64,000 nucleotides of DNA from a virus. Below, one piece after another: positions 51,170-59,448 of the stretch (within the stretch, counting starts at the first letter, position 1; the number at the start of each line of letters is the position of its first letter). A program made the position numbers and the translations under genes. The notes under the pieces were generated by a model, which saw nothing but the letters and a program-made list of their open reading frames with translations, did not search any database and had not been told where the DNA came from. The stretch is from IMG/VR virus record IMGVR_UViG_3300046674_000395, positions 1-64,000 of that record; one strand, 5' to 3'.

Positions 51170-51451
51170 TCAGGTCGGCTCTTCTGTCTTCTTGGCGCGT
51201 CGTCCGGTGACGGTGCCGTTGACGAGGTGGCTGACGCGGCCGATGGAGAGTTCGACGAGTTCGGCTACTTCTTGGCCGGTGCGGGTTTTGCGTAGTTCGA
51301 TGACGTCTGCTTCTCGGGCTTCTTTGAGGCGTGGCTGGTTCTCGATTGCTTTGATGATGCGGGTGATGGTGCGGCCTCGGAGTGCGGGGTCTTTGATGGC
51401 GAGTGCTTGTTCGATGGCTTGCTCGACGAGGGTCTCTGGGTTGATGGTCAC
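51170..51451 (-). CDS. Small HTH DNA-binding protein with atypical (A-ending) codon usage; repressor or centromere-binding candidate
   Basis: GTG at 51451 with no obvious RBS (possibly leaderless). HTH segment TGQEVAELVELSIGRVSHLV. Many CAA/GAA/AAA/GCA/CGA/CTA/GTA codons. Confidence 0.55.
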   Translation of the reverse strand: MTINPETLVEQAIEQALAIKDPALRGRTITRIIKAIENQPRLKEAREADVIELRKTRTGQEVAELVELSIGRVSHLVNGTVTGRRAKKTEEPT

Positions 51452-51461
51452 TGGTGAATCG

Positions 51462-51516
51462 TAGACCTCTAAAAGAAATCCCGATAGACCTCTAGACGTG
51501 GAGCTATAGACCTCTA
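51462..51516. repeat. Three direct copies of TAGACCTCTA (51462, 51485, 51507) in a divergent AT-rich intergenic region
   Basis: Exact 10-mers spaced 23 and 22 bp apart. Each unit is a TAGA-NN-TCTA near-palindrome. Confidence 0.7.
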
Positions 51517-51601
51517 TACAGTGGTGGACATGGAGGAGGCGCCCAGCCACCTCGGAGCAGCGGAAACCCGCTACACCCACCCACTCCAACAGGAGGACCC
51601 C

Positions 51602-52066
51602 ATGGCCACCACCCGCCGCTCCGCCACCCGCACCCTCACCACCAACGGCGAGCAGGTAACCGCCATCGCCATGACCTCCGCAGAGCTGACCGAGCTCGCA
51701 GAGGACATCGACAGCCTCGGCCTTCCCGCCGACCGCACCGGCCTGATGCCGCTCGCCGGCTGGAACCTGTACGCCGATGGCGAGCACTTCGGTCGCGTCT
51801 TCTACCGGGCCGGCGTGATGACCGCCGAGTGGTACGACGACGTCGAGCAGCAGGACTGGATCCTCGCGAAGTGGGGATGCCGCCGCCTCGAGCGGGCCGC
51901 CGTCGAGATCGTGCGGCTCCGCGACGAGGTGCTGCTGCCCTACCAGGCCGCCGTCGCTGCCAGCCGGACCGCGCATCTTGCCGCGGAGAAGGCGCGGCGC
52001 GTGCAGGAGGACGCCGAGTTCGAGCGGCAGCTCGCGGCTGGCTGGCCGGGCTCTCTGGCCGCCTGA
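51602..52066 (+). CDS. Hypothetical protein (154 aa)
   Basis: ATG at 51602 preceded by AGGAGGA. Protein-like sequence. Confidence 0.55.
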   Translation: MATTRRSATRTLTTNGEQVTAIAMTSAELTELAEDIDSLGLPADRTGLMPLAGWNLYADGEHFGRVFYRAGVMTAEWYDDVEQQDWILAKWGCRRLERAAVEIVRLRDEVLLPYQAAVAASRTAHLAAEKARRVQEDAEFERQLAAGWPGSLAA

Positions 52067-52073
52067 CCCTGCC

Positions 52074-52107
52074 GAGGCCCCGCCCGGATGATCCGGTGCG
52101 GGGCCTC
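52074..52107. terminator. Bidirectional stem-loop at a convergent junction
   Basis: 10-bp stem GAGGCCCCGC / GCGGGGCCTC enclosing the palindrome CCGGATGATCCGG. Confidence 0.55.
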
Positions 52108-52140
52108 TGTTCGGCAATCACGGGGCGGGGTCCCGGGCTG

Positions 52141-52554
52141 TCAGAACAGGACGGCGTCGGTCTTCCGCCAGCCCATGAGGGTCCAGCGCAGGCCGCGGTC
52201 AGCGGCTCGGTGGCAGGCGGGGTGGAGGCACTGGTCGTCGATCAGTGGGCCTCGGCAGCCGTGCAGGTGCCTGCGCGCAGCAGCGTCGGCTGCCTTCTCT
52301 TCGGGGTTGAGCTGGGTGTCGCGTTCGATGGCGGCGGCCAGGGTGATCGCTAGGTGTGACCCCTTGCAGAGGGGGCCCTTCTCTGGGTGGTGAAGGCCCA
52401 GGCGTCCGGCGCCGAAGGGGTGGTCGTGTGCCCAGACGATGGTCCAGCGCTGGCAGTGGGGGCACATGCCTTGCGGGCCGAGGCCGGGGACGCGGGATTC
52501 GCGAACCGGGATGAGGTATGGCTGGCTCGTCTGTGCGCCATCGGCCGGCCTCAT
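52141..52554 (-). CDS. Cys/His-rich hypothetical protein
   Basis: ATG at 52554 overlaps the upstream stop. CPHC and several further Cys/His residues. Confidence 0.5.
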   Translation of the reverse strand: MRPADGAQTSQPYLIPVRESRVPGLGPQGMCPHCQRWTIVWAHDHPFGAGRLGLHHPEKGPLCKGSHLAITLAAAIERDTQLNPEEKAADAAARRHLHGCRGPLIDDQCLHPACHRAADRGLRWTLMGWRKTDAVLF

Positions 52555-53309
52555 CACTCGCTGGCCGCTTCGGCGACGGTCGGGTCGGCGTCGTGGGCGG
52601 GCAGGGTGGCGTGGTCTTCGGCGAGGTGCCGGTCGCGGGCCCGTTCGGCGGATTGCTGGCTGTGGTGGTCGAGGGACAGGTAGCCGTCGCAGGTGTCGGT
52701 GCCCCAGCAGCGGAACACCCAGGCGGGCCGGCCTTGGTCGTTGCGGTAGGGCTGGACGACGAGCCCGGTGTGCGGGGCGTTGAGCGCGGCGAGTTGCTCC
52801 GACGCGCGCCGAGCTTCGTCGGCCACTCGGCGGGCTCGCTCGGTGGCAGCACGTTCCACCTCGGGGTCGACAGGCCGGACGGTGAGCCGGTGCTGCTCCG
52901 GGATGGCGAGGTCGCGGGTTCCGGCGGTGAGCCACGCCCCAGGCTGGGTCGCGTCGGTTGCTGCAGGGGTCAGCGGATTGAGGGCGGCCTGCCACCGCTC
53001 GTAGGTGGCTGGCCGGATGAGGTTGACGGTCTGGTAGCCGATGACGCTGCCGTCGACCCGGGTGAGTGGGTACAGGCTCGCGAGGACCTCAGCCAGGGCG
53101 GCGGCGATCTGGTCACGGAGCGGGGATCGAGTGGGTTCGCCCGCCTCCTCCCCGCCGTCGAGCAGCCGGAGCAGGTGTCGTCCCACCCCGGGGTCGAGTC
53201 CGGGTCCGGTGTCGCCGGCGGCGAGCGCTGCCTCGATGTAGGCGCGGGTTTGGGCGACGGCGGCCTCGGCGTCAGTCCGGGGTCGTGCGGCGGTGGATTG
53301 GTCGGTCAT
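52554..53309 (-). CDS. Hypothetical protein (251 aa)
   Basis: Protein-like sequence, coupled on both sides. Confidence 0.55.
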   Translation of the reverse strand: MTDQSTAARPRTDAEAAVAQTRAYIEAALAAGDTGPGLDPGVGRHLLRLLDGGEEAGEPTRSPLRDQIAAALAEVLASLYPLTRVDGSVIGYQTVNLIRPATYERWQAALNPLTPAATDATQPGAWLTAGTRDLAIPEQHRLTVRPVDPEVERAATERARRVADEARRASEQLAALNAPHTGLVVQPYRNDQGRPAWVFRCWGTDTCDGYLSLDHHSQQSAERARDRHLAEDHATLPAHDADPTVAEAASE

Positions 53310-53554
53310 GCGGCGTGCTCCTGCTGCTGGTCGGGGATGTGGATCTGGTGGACGCCGAGCTCGCCGACCGCGAGGGCGATGGCGACGGCCTGCGCCCGGT
53401 CCGTGGCGCCGAGACGGCGGTAGGCGGCGGTGAGGATCTCGGCGACGGAGTGCGGGGTGACGCCACGCCAGGCGGCGATGGTGGCGTTGCTGTTGCCGTT
53501 GGCGGCGAGGAGCAGCACTTCCCGCTGCCGGACCGTCAGGGATTTCACAGCCAC
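53306..53554 (-). CDS. LuxR/GerE-type HTH protein
   Basis: LTVRQREVLLLAANGNSNATIAAWRGVTPHSVAEILTAAYRRLGATDRAQAVAIA. GTG start. Confidence 0.7.
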   Translation of the reverse strand: MAVKSLTVRQREVLLLAANGNSNATIAAWRGVTPHSVAEILTAAYRRLGATDRAQAVAIALAVGELGVHQIHIPDQQQEHAA

Positions 53555-53703
53555 TCCCCCGTCGTGTCGACGTCCTGGATCGTGTGCAGTTGGACGGCGG
53601 TGAGCCCCTGCCCGCGGAGGTCGAGGTCCCGCGGCTCCAGGGCGGCGGCGGCCAGGTGTTCGACGCCGAGGTGGCAGAGGTCGGTCCAGTCGATGTCGTT
53701 CAC
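53545..53703 (-). CDS. Possible 52-aa ORF
   Basis: GTG at 53703 with a GGGAGG RBS and a GTGA overlap with the upstream stop. Found by hand. Confidence 0.3.
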   Translation of the reverse strand: MNDIDWTDLCHLGVEHLAAAALEPRDLDLRGQGLTAVQLHTIQDVDTTGEWL

Positions 53704-53888
53704 GTCCGCCTCCCCGCTGGCCGACCCGGGAGCTTGGGTTTCCCGTCGGGCCGGAGGTGTCCGTCGGCTGCGGCGAGCAGCCGTACCGCCCGTGCGATGA
53801 CGGCTCGTTTGCGTTCGCCGGGGTAGCAGCGGGCGAGGATCTGGGCGATGTCCGGGTCCAGGTAGACCGGGGTCTGCGGGGCGGTCAC
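53700..53888 (-). CDS. Small protein, possibly ribbon-helix-helix
   Basis: GTGA overlap start at 53888. The sequence VYLDPDIAQILARCYPGERKRAVIARAVRLL suggests strand-helix-helix. Confidence 0.4.
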   Translation of the reverse strand: MTAPQTPVYLDPDIAQILARCYPGERKRAVIARAVRLLAAADGHLRPDGKPKLPGRPAGRRT

Positions 53889-54178
53889 GACTGCTCGCTT
53901 TCGTGCTGGTCGGGGTCGGTGACGCCGGGGATCGCGCGGTAGCTCTCCTCGCGGATCGCGTTGATCTCGGTTTCGTACTGGCGGATCGCGGCGTCGACCT
54001 GCGTCCACAGGGCGTGCAGCGGAGTCCCGGGCGAGGGCGCCCATTGGGCCAGTACGTCGCGGACGTTCTGGACTCGGGAGCCCTGGTAGTCGCCGATGCG
54101 GGCGGCGAGGTGGTGCTGTTTGAGCTCGGCGTTCTTGCCTTCGAGGAGCGACAGCAGGGCGGGCGGGAGGCTGGTCAT
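53885..54178 (-). CDS. Hypothetical protein (97 aa)
   Basis: ATG at 54178 with a GGAGG RBS. Confidence 0.5.
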   Translation of the reverse strand: MTSLPPALLSLLEGKNAELKQHHLAARIGDYQGSRVQNVRDVLAQWAPSPGTPLHALWTQVDAAIRQYETEINAIREESYRAIPGVTDPDQHESEQS

Positions 54179-54303
54179 CGGGTCCTCCGGTTGCGGCGCG
54201 CGAGTGCGTGCCAGGTGTGTCGGATGGTGGTGAGGGCGCAGTAGGCGAACGGGGCGACGATGAGCGCGACGGCGGCGACCCAGCCCCAGTCGACGCGGGT
54301 CAC
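54175..54303 (-). CDS. Micro-ORF encoding a single-TM peptide (42 aa)
   Basis: GTGA overlap upstream and ATGA overlap downstream. Sequence WGWVAAVALIVAPFAYCAL. Found by hand. Confidence 0.35.
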   Translation of the reverse strand: MTRVDWGWVAAVALIVAPFAYCALTTIRHTWHALARRNRRTR

Positions 54304-54782
54304 GCGGTGAACCTGCGGGTCTCGATCCCGGCCTGCTCGGCGATGCGGAGGCAGTTGCGGGTGCCGTAGTTGGGCTGGCCCGGCTCGGGGAAAGCCACCA
54401 TCCAGGCGGGGCGCGGGAGCTTGCGGACCATCGCGGCATTGCGGCGGGGGCCCGCTCCCGGGCAGTAGTTGTCGAGGAGGCCGGGGTGTGCGGTGTCGCC
54501 GGGCTTCTTCCGTCGCCGGTGGCCTGGTGTGGTCGGGCAGTTGGGGGCGCAGTTGTCCCAGTCGGCGGGCATGGGGTCTTCGAGGAGGCCGTACCGGTGG
54601 CCGATGCTGTTGATCCAGTCGGAGGCGGCTTGGTCTGCGGAGTTGGTGCCGGGGCAGGCGCCGTGGCGGACGATGATCGGTCCGTCGATCATGTTGACGG
54701 CGATGTCGAAGAGGGCGCCGGGGACGATGCCGGGTTCGGTGAGGTGGCGCGCTCCGGCGAGCAGGATGACGGTGGTCTTCAT
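54300..54782 (-). CDS. DUF2493 / SLOG-family protein with a Cys-rich insertion
   Basis: VRHGACPGTNSADQAASDWI...PADWD...GPRRNAAMV...AFP...GTRNCLRIAEQAGIE matches the DUF2493 pattern. ATG at 54782 with an AAGGAAG RBS. Confidence 0.6.
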   Translation of the reverse strand: MKTTVILLAGARHLTEPGIVPGALFDIAVNMIDGPIIVRHGACPGTNSADQAASDWINSIGHRYGLLEDPMPADWDNCAPNCPTTPGHRRRKKPGDTAHPGLLDNYCPGAGPRRNAAMVRKLPRPAWMVAFPEPGQPNYGTRNCLRIAEQAGIETRRFTA

Positions 54783-55063
54783 GCGGCTTCCTTGTCTGCG
54801 CGGGCCCATGCGGGCGCGGGGCGGGGTTGAGGCTCTGAGCGCCGTTCTGCCGGTCCGGGCGGGAACGGTGCCTCCGAGGGCTGCTGGGCCGTCAGGCGCC
54901 CGCTCAGGCCCCGCCACGCCCGTCGTATCGCCCACGCCGCGCCCGCCACCCCGACGACGCACACCACTGTCACAGCGGCCGCGAGGCCGGCGATCCAGTA
55001 GGCGAGGGCGCGGCAGGTGACGAACAGGACGGTGAGCGCCTCACCGAACAGGGGGCCGGTCAC
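54779..55063 (-). CDS. Two-TM membrane protein
   Basis: GTGA overlap start at 55063. Sequence LTVLFVTCRALAYWIAGLAAAVTVVCVVGVAGAAWAI. Confidence 0.5.
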   Translation of the reverse strand: MTGPLFGEALTVLFVTCRALAYWIAGLAAAVTVVCVVGVAGAAWAIRRAWRGLSGRLTAQQPSEAPFPPGPAERRSEPQPRPAPAWARADKEAA

Positions 55064-55374
55064 AGCCGGTACCTCGCGTAGTCCCACGGCGGCGCCTGCC
55101 CCATCGAGGCCCGGCTCGACGCCTGCTCGTGCAGCGGGTACTGGAACCACCAGCCGCAGCCTTCCTCCAGCAGATCGCCGTCCTGGTCCGGCGCCTGGCA
55201 GTCGAAGCGGACGGCGTTCCCGCAACCCATGCAGGCCATGAGCCGTCCGCCTTGCATGAAGCGCGGGCAGTCGGTGTCGATGGAGATGCGCCGGTTGCCC
55301 TGGCTGCCGCATCCGGGGCAGGTCTCGTCGGGCTGGGTCATCCAGTTGTCGGCGTTCGCGACGGGCTCGGCCAT
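55060..55374 (-). CDS. Zinc-ribbon hypothetical protein
   Basis: CPGCG...CPRF...CMGCG pattern. Confidence 0.55.
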   Translation of the reverse strand: MAEPVANADNWMTQPDETCPGCGSQGNRRISIDTDCPRFMQGGRLMACMGCGNAVRFDCQAPDQDGDLLEEGCGWWFQYPLHEQASSRASMGQAPPWDYARYRL

Positions 55375-55377
55375 GGG

Positions 55378-56223
55378 TCAGGCCTCCGTGCCGGTCGCTG
55401 CCGTGCACCAGGGGCATCCGGTGACGGGCGTGTGGTGGTGGGTGTCGTGGATGGCTTTGACGTGGATGCAGTGCTCGACCGGCGGGGCGGGCTGGGGCTC
55501 GGCGGCGGGCTGCTCGGCGTCACAGCCGGGGTCGCAGAACGCGTGCTCGCCCAGCGCGTGATACCGGATCTGGGCGTGCGCGTCGCAGAGTTCGTCCGCG
55601 GCCTCGTTGCAGGGGCGGGCGCTGCACGACGTCGACTGCTGCACCTCGTCGGCCATGCGACGCAGTCCGATCGCCACATCCCGGACGGCCTCGTGTTGGA
55701 TGCGGGCCGCCTCGTCGAGATCCCCGCGCTCGCGGTCGTAAGCCTCGTTCTGGTCGGCGAGCGTGGCGTACCGGTCGGCGGCTTTGCGGAGGGCGGCGGC
55801 TTCGATCGCAGCCGGGTCGACGGCGACGGCCTGTGTCTCGTCGGCTGCACCACCCGGGCCGGACACGGCGTCGGCCGCGGGTCGCCCGTCGAGCAGGTCG
55901 AGGATGTCGCGCAGTGCCTCGCGGTAGCCGCTGCCGAACTCGTTGCGGGCCGTGACGACGTCGCTCGTCACCCACTCGCGGATACGGCCGAGACGCTCCA
56001 CGGCGGCACGGTCGGTGGGTGCGGACGCCGGGACCGGGACGGCGGCGGGCGCAGCCTGCGCGCGGCGCAGTCCCGCGTCCCACCGCTCACGGAGCGCGTC
56101 GATCGCCCTGTGCACGGCGGGCGTCAGCGTCCCGCCCGCGTCGGTGATGGCGTGCTGGACGGCGTACAGCTCCCGCATGTCGTCGACGGGGCGGTTGGCC
56201 TGTGGGTTGGTGGTGTCGGGCAT
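55378..56223 (-). CDS. Hypothetical protein with a Cys/His-rich C-terminus (281 aa)
   Basis: ATG at 56223 with a GGAG RBS. The track's N-terminal 80 aa are a shadow. Confidence 0.55.
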   Translation of the reverse strand: MPDTTNPQANRPVDDMRELYAVQHAITDAGGTLTPAVHRAIDALRERWDAGLRRAQAAPAAVPVPASAPTDRAAVERLGRIREWVTSDVVTARNEFGSGYREALRDILDLLDGRPAADAVSGPGGAADETQAVAVDPAAIEAAALRKAADRYATLADQNEAYDRERGDLDEAARIQHEAVRDVAIGLRRMADEVQQSTSCSARPCNEAADELCDAHAQIRYHALGEHAFCDPGCDAEQPAAEPQPAPPVEHCIHVKAIHDTHHHTPVTGCPWCTAATGTEA

Positions 56224-56261
56224 GCGGACTCCAAGTCGTGGTGGCGGATGATGGGCGGGCC

Positions 56262-56292
56262 GGCCGCCGCCTGCTACCGACAGGCGGCGGCC
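56262..56292 (-). terminator. Intra-operon stem-loop
   Basis: 12-bp stem GGCCGCCGCCTG / CAGGCGGCGGCC with a 7-nt loop. Confidence 0.35.
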
Positions 56293-56302
56293 GTGCACGG
56301 GT

Positions 56303-56815
56303 TCACCGGGACACGGGCGGGCAGTCGGCCTCCCAGTGCCAGCCCATGACCGGCGACCGGCGTACCCCGTGCTCCCCGCACTCGGCGTCCGGGACGATGC
56401 CCCCGCACGGGTAGACGACCGGGCACACGCACGACCGGGACACAGCCGTGTAGGGCAGCGCATGCCGCACGTCCCGCGGGGCCGGCCGGCCTGTCGTCAG
56501 CACGCGGTGCGCCCGGTCGGCGACCTCGCCCGGCGTGGCCCCGCCCAGCAGGTGAAGGTCGGGCACGGTGACGCCGTCGACGGACAGCCCCCACTGGACG
56601 GCGCCCTCGTCCTCGCCGTCGCCGGTCCAGCCGATGACGAGGAACGGCTGGTCGTCGGCGTTGAGGATTTGGTGCGCGGTGTGGTTGAGGTTGATGACGA
56701 TGGCGGATTCGTGGGCGTCGCGGATGGTCCAGCCGTGCGCTTCGATGGCGTCGGCGACGGATCGCACCCAGGTGTCGGGCATTTCGTCGGTGATGGTGGT
56801 GGGCTGGTCGGTCAT
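56303..56815 (-). CDS. Hypothetical protein (170 aa)
   Basis: ATG at 56815. Protein-like sequence. Confidence 0.55.
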   Translation of the reverse strand: MTDQPTTITDEMPDTWVRSVADAIEAHGWTIRDAHESAIVINLNHTAHQILNADDQPFLVIGWTGDGEDEGAVQWGLSVDGVTVPDLHLLGGATPGEVADRAHRVLTTGRPAPRDVRHALPYTAVSRSCVCPVVYPCGGIVPDAECGEHGVRRSPVMGWHWEADCPPVSR

Positions 56816-56897
56816 GGTCGTCTCCGTGTTGGTCAGCGGGTCTGGGTGTGGGCGGGGTCTGTCGGGTGTCCCGTGTCCGGGTAGCCGCGGCAGACGG

Positions 56898-57230
56898 TCA
56901 GACAGCGGGCTGCGAGTCGTCGGCCGGGTCCCAGGTGGCGAGCGGGTCGCGTTCGGTGCTGGCCCACACGCGGGTCGGGCACGGGTCCCGCTCCCCGCAC
57001 TCGACGCAGAGACCGTCGGTGAGGCCGCCCTCCCCGGAGTGCTTGCTGTGGGCTTCGGCGATGCGGGCCAGCCGGGCGGCGGCCTTGCCTGCGGCCCAGC
57101 CGTCGTAACGGTCGAGCGCGGCGAGGACGAGATCGGCTCCCTGCTCGCTGATCTCGGACGGCATCCCGGCGAGGGCGCCTTGGTTGAGTTCACGGAGGAC
57201 GATCTCGCGGCGCATGTCGTGGTCGGTCAT
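56898..57230 (-). CDS. Hypothetical protein
   Basis: Coupled to the upstream gene. CVECGERDPC motif. Confidence 0.55.
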   Translation of the reverse strand: MTDHDMRREIVLRELNQGALAGMPSEISEQGADLVLAALDRYDGWAAGKAAARLARIAEAHSKHSGEGGLTDGLCVECGERDPCPTRVWASTERDPLATWDPADDSQPAV

Positions 57231-57667
57231 CGGTGGTTCCCTCCAGCGGCGAGCAGGGCGGGCTCGCCGTCGCGGACGCGCTGCCGGTCGACGCGGGCCA
57301 GGACCCGGTCAATCCACGCGGCCAGCTCTTCGGCGGGAAGGTTGGCGCGGTCGAGGAGGTAGTCGGCGTGGCAGGTCTTGTCGGGCGGGCAGGTGCAGGC
57401 GAGGTCCTTGCCGCGGAGGTCGGGCAGCCCGGCGAGGATCACCGCGCGTCGGCGGTCGGCGTCGTCGGTGGGGGCGCCGAAGCGGTCACCGTCGAGCCAG
57501 GTACGGAAGTTCGCAGCGGCTGCGGCGTGCGGGTCGGCGTAGCCCATCTCCTGCATCAGGGCGACCTTGCAGTGGTTGCCGTATCGGGAGGGGCGGCTGA
57601 CGATCACGGCGTTGTCGGGAAGTCGCCAGCCTTTGGTGCGGCGGCGTTGGATGCGGCGTTCAGTCAT
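57227..57667 (-). CDS. DUF4326-domain protein
   Basis: RRRTKGWRLPDNAVIVSRPSRYGN...LRGKDLACTCPPDKTCHADYLL matches the DUF4326 signature. Confidence 0.7.
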   Translation of the reverse strand: MTERRIQRRRTKGWRLPDNAVIVSRPSRYGNHCKVALMQEMGYADPHAAAAANFRTWLDGDRFGAPTDDADRRRAVILAGLPDLRGKDLACTCPPDKTCHADYLLDRANLPAEELAAWIDRVLARVDRQRVRDGEPALLAAGGNHR

Positions 57668-57770
57668 GGTCTGACCTGCGTCTTTCGGTGTGTCGGGGTG
57701 GGTGGGTGGCGGGGGGGGTGGCGGGACGGGGGTCAGGCAGCGGTTCCTGAGCGGGGGTCAACGGGCGAGG

Positions 57771-58064
57771 TCAAGCGGCGTTCGCGTCGCGCCGGTCCGC
57801 GGGTGCGGGCAGTGCGACGACGGCGGCCTTCTCGCACTGCGGGCAGGTGCAGCGGCCGTGGGTGGGGGTCGGGCCGCTGGCCGCGGTGCCGATGGGCCAG
57901 GCGCCCTTGTGGGCGATCTCGTAGGCGGGCGGGGTGACCGCGGCCAGTGCCGGCTTCGGCGCGGGGAGGGGCTTGGGGGCCTGGCTGGTGAGGTACTGGA
58001 AGTACTCGCGGAGGCTTCCGTCGGCCCGCATGGCGGCGAAGTCTTCGACGCTGGGTTCGGTCAC
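57771..58064 (-). CDS. Hypothetical protein
   Basis: Coding frame immediately after dnaB. Confidence 0.5.
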   Translation of the reverse strand: MTEPSVEDFAAMRADGSLREYFQYLTSQAPKPLPAPKPALAAVTPPAYEIAHKGAWPIGTAASGPTPTHGRCTCPQCEKAAVVALPAPADRRDANAA

Positions 58065-58065
58065 G

Positions 58066-59448
58066 TCAGCTCACCGCCATGTCGCAGAAGCGGCTGTAGT
58101 GCCCTTGGAATGCGGCGGTGATTGTGGCCGTGGGGCCGCCGCGATGCTTGCCGACGATGAGGTCGGCTTCGCCGGCCCGAGGGGATTCCTTGTCGTAGGC
58201 GTCCTCGCGGTGCAGGAGGACCACGATGTCGGCGTCCTGCTCGATGGCTCCGGACTCGCGGAGGTCGGACACCTGGGGCTTCTTCTCGGTGCGCTGCTCG
58301 GGCCCGCGGTTGAGCTGGCACAGGACGATGACGGTGACGCCGAAGTCCTTGGCGATCAGCTTCAGGTTGCGGGAGATCTCGGCGACGGCTTGCTGGCGGT
58401 TCTCCGCTCGGGGGGCCTGCATGAGTTGCAGGTAGTCGACGATGACGAGCCGCAGGCCTTTGGTGCGGACGAGGTTGCGGACTCGGCCGCGGAGGATCGG
58501 CAGTGACAGCAGGGCTGCGTCGTTGATCCACAGGGGGGCGGCGGCGATGTCGGGGGCGCGGCGGGCGGCGCGCTTCATGTCGTCGTCGGTGGCGATGCCC
58601 TGCTTGAGGTGGTGGTGGGCGATGCGGGCTTCGGCGGAGAGGACTCGGTCGGAGAGTTCGTCTTTGCTCATCTCCAGGGACTCGAACAGGGTGGGGATCT
58701 TGTTGCGGATGGCGGCGCCGCGGGCGAAGTCTGCGGCGAGGGTGGACTTGCCCATGGCGGGGCGGGCGCCGATGACGACGAGTTGGCCGGGGGCCCAGCC
58801 GCCGGAGAGCAGGCTGTCGAGGTCGATGAATCCGGTGGGGACGCGGTCGTTGTTGGTGGGTGGGGTGGTGGCGCGTTCGATGCTGTCGAGTAGGAGGTCG
58901 CCGATGGGGGCGAGGCTGTCGTCGTCGGTGGGGCGGACGGCGCCGTCGAGGTCGGTCTGGAGGGAGGCGACGTCGGTGTCTTCGTCGAAGGCCGGCGAGC
59001 TGCCTTTGAGGATGGCGTCGTAGCCGAGAGCGACGACGCGGGCGGCGACGGCTTTCTTGGCGACGCGGGTGGCGTACCAGTTGGCGTTGCCGTAGTGGGC
59101 TTGGTTGCACAGCTCCATGAGCTGGTCGGCGTCGGGGACGCGGGTGGGCATGCGGCCGTCGGCGTGCCAGGTCTCTAGCTGGCGGTGGACGGCGAGGTGC
59201 TTGAGTTCGCCGTCGCGGAAGTGGGTGCGGAGTTCTTCGACAGCCCACCAGGTCCAGCGGAGCCAGTCGGTGGTGATGTCGGCGGGGTCGAAGCCTTCGG
59301 CGCCGAGTTCGTCGATCGCGGCGGGCTGCATGATCGCGGTGGCGACGAGGACGCGTTCGGCTTCGACGTCGCGGGGCCGCTCGGGCGGGCGCGGGCCGGC
59401 GTCGACGACTGCATCGTCGGGGGCCCACAGCTCGGCTTCGGTGGTCAC
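58066..59448 (-). CDS. dnaB: Replicative DNA helicase DnaB
   Basis: GFIDLDSLLSGGWAPGQLVVIGARPAMGKSTLA Walker A, LVIVDYLQLM Walker B, and a RecA-like C-domain. Confidence 0.9.
   Translation of the reverse strand: MTTEAELWAPDDAVVDAGPRPPERPRDVEAERVLVATAIMQPAAIDELGAEGFDPADITTDWLRWTWWAVEELRTHFRDGELKHLAVHRQLETWHADGRMPTRVPDADQLMELCNQAHYGNANWYATRVAKKAVAARVVALGYDAILKGSSPAFDEDTDVASLQTDLDGAVRPTDDDSLAPIGDLLLDSIERATTPPTNNDRVPTGFIDLDSLLSGGWAPGQLVVIGARPAMGKSTLAADFARGAAIRNKIPTLFESLEMSKDELSDRVLSAEARIAHHHLKQGIATDDDMKRAARRAPDIAAAPLWINDAALLSLPILRGRVRNLVRTKGLRLVIVDYLQLMQAPRAENRQQAVAEISRNLKLIAKDFGVTVIVLCQLNRGPEQRTEKKPQVSDLRESGAIEQDADIVVLLHREDAYDKESPRAGEADLIVGKHRGGPTATITAAFQGHYSRFCDMAVS

Noticed and set aside
53306-53888. 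Toxin-antitoxin pair (RHH-like small protein plus neighbours)
   Set aside because: No recognisable toxin fold (PIN, RelE, MazF, HipA and so on) was seen in the adjacent small ORFs. The RHH assignment itself is weak.
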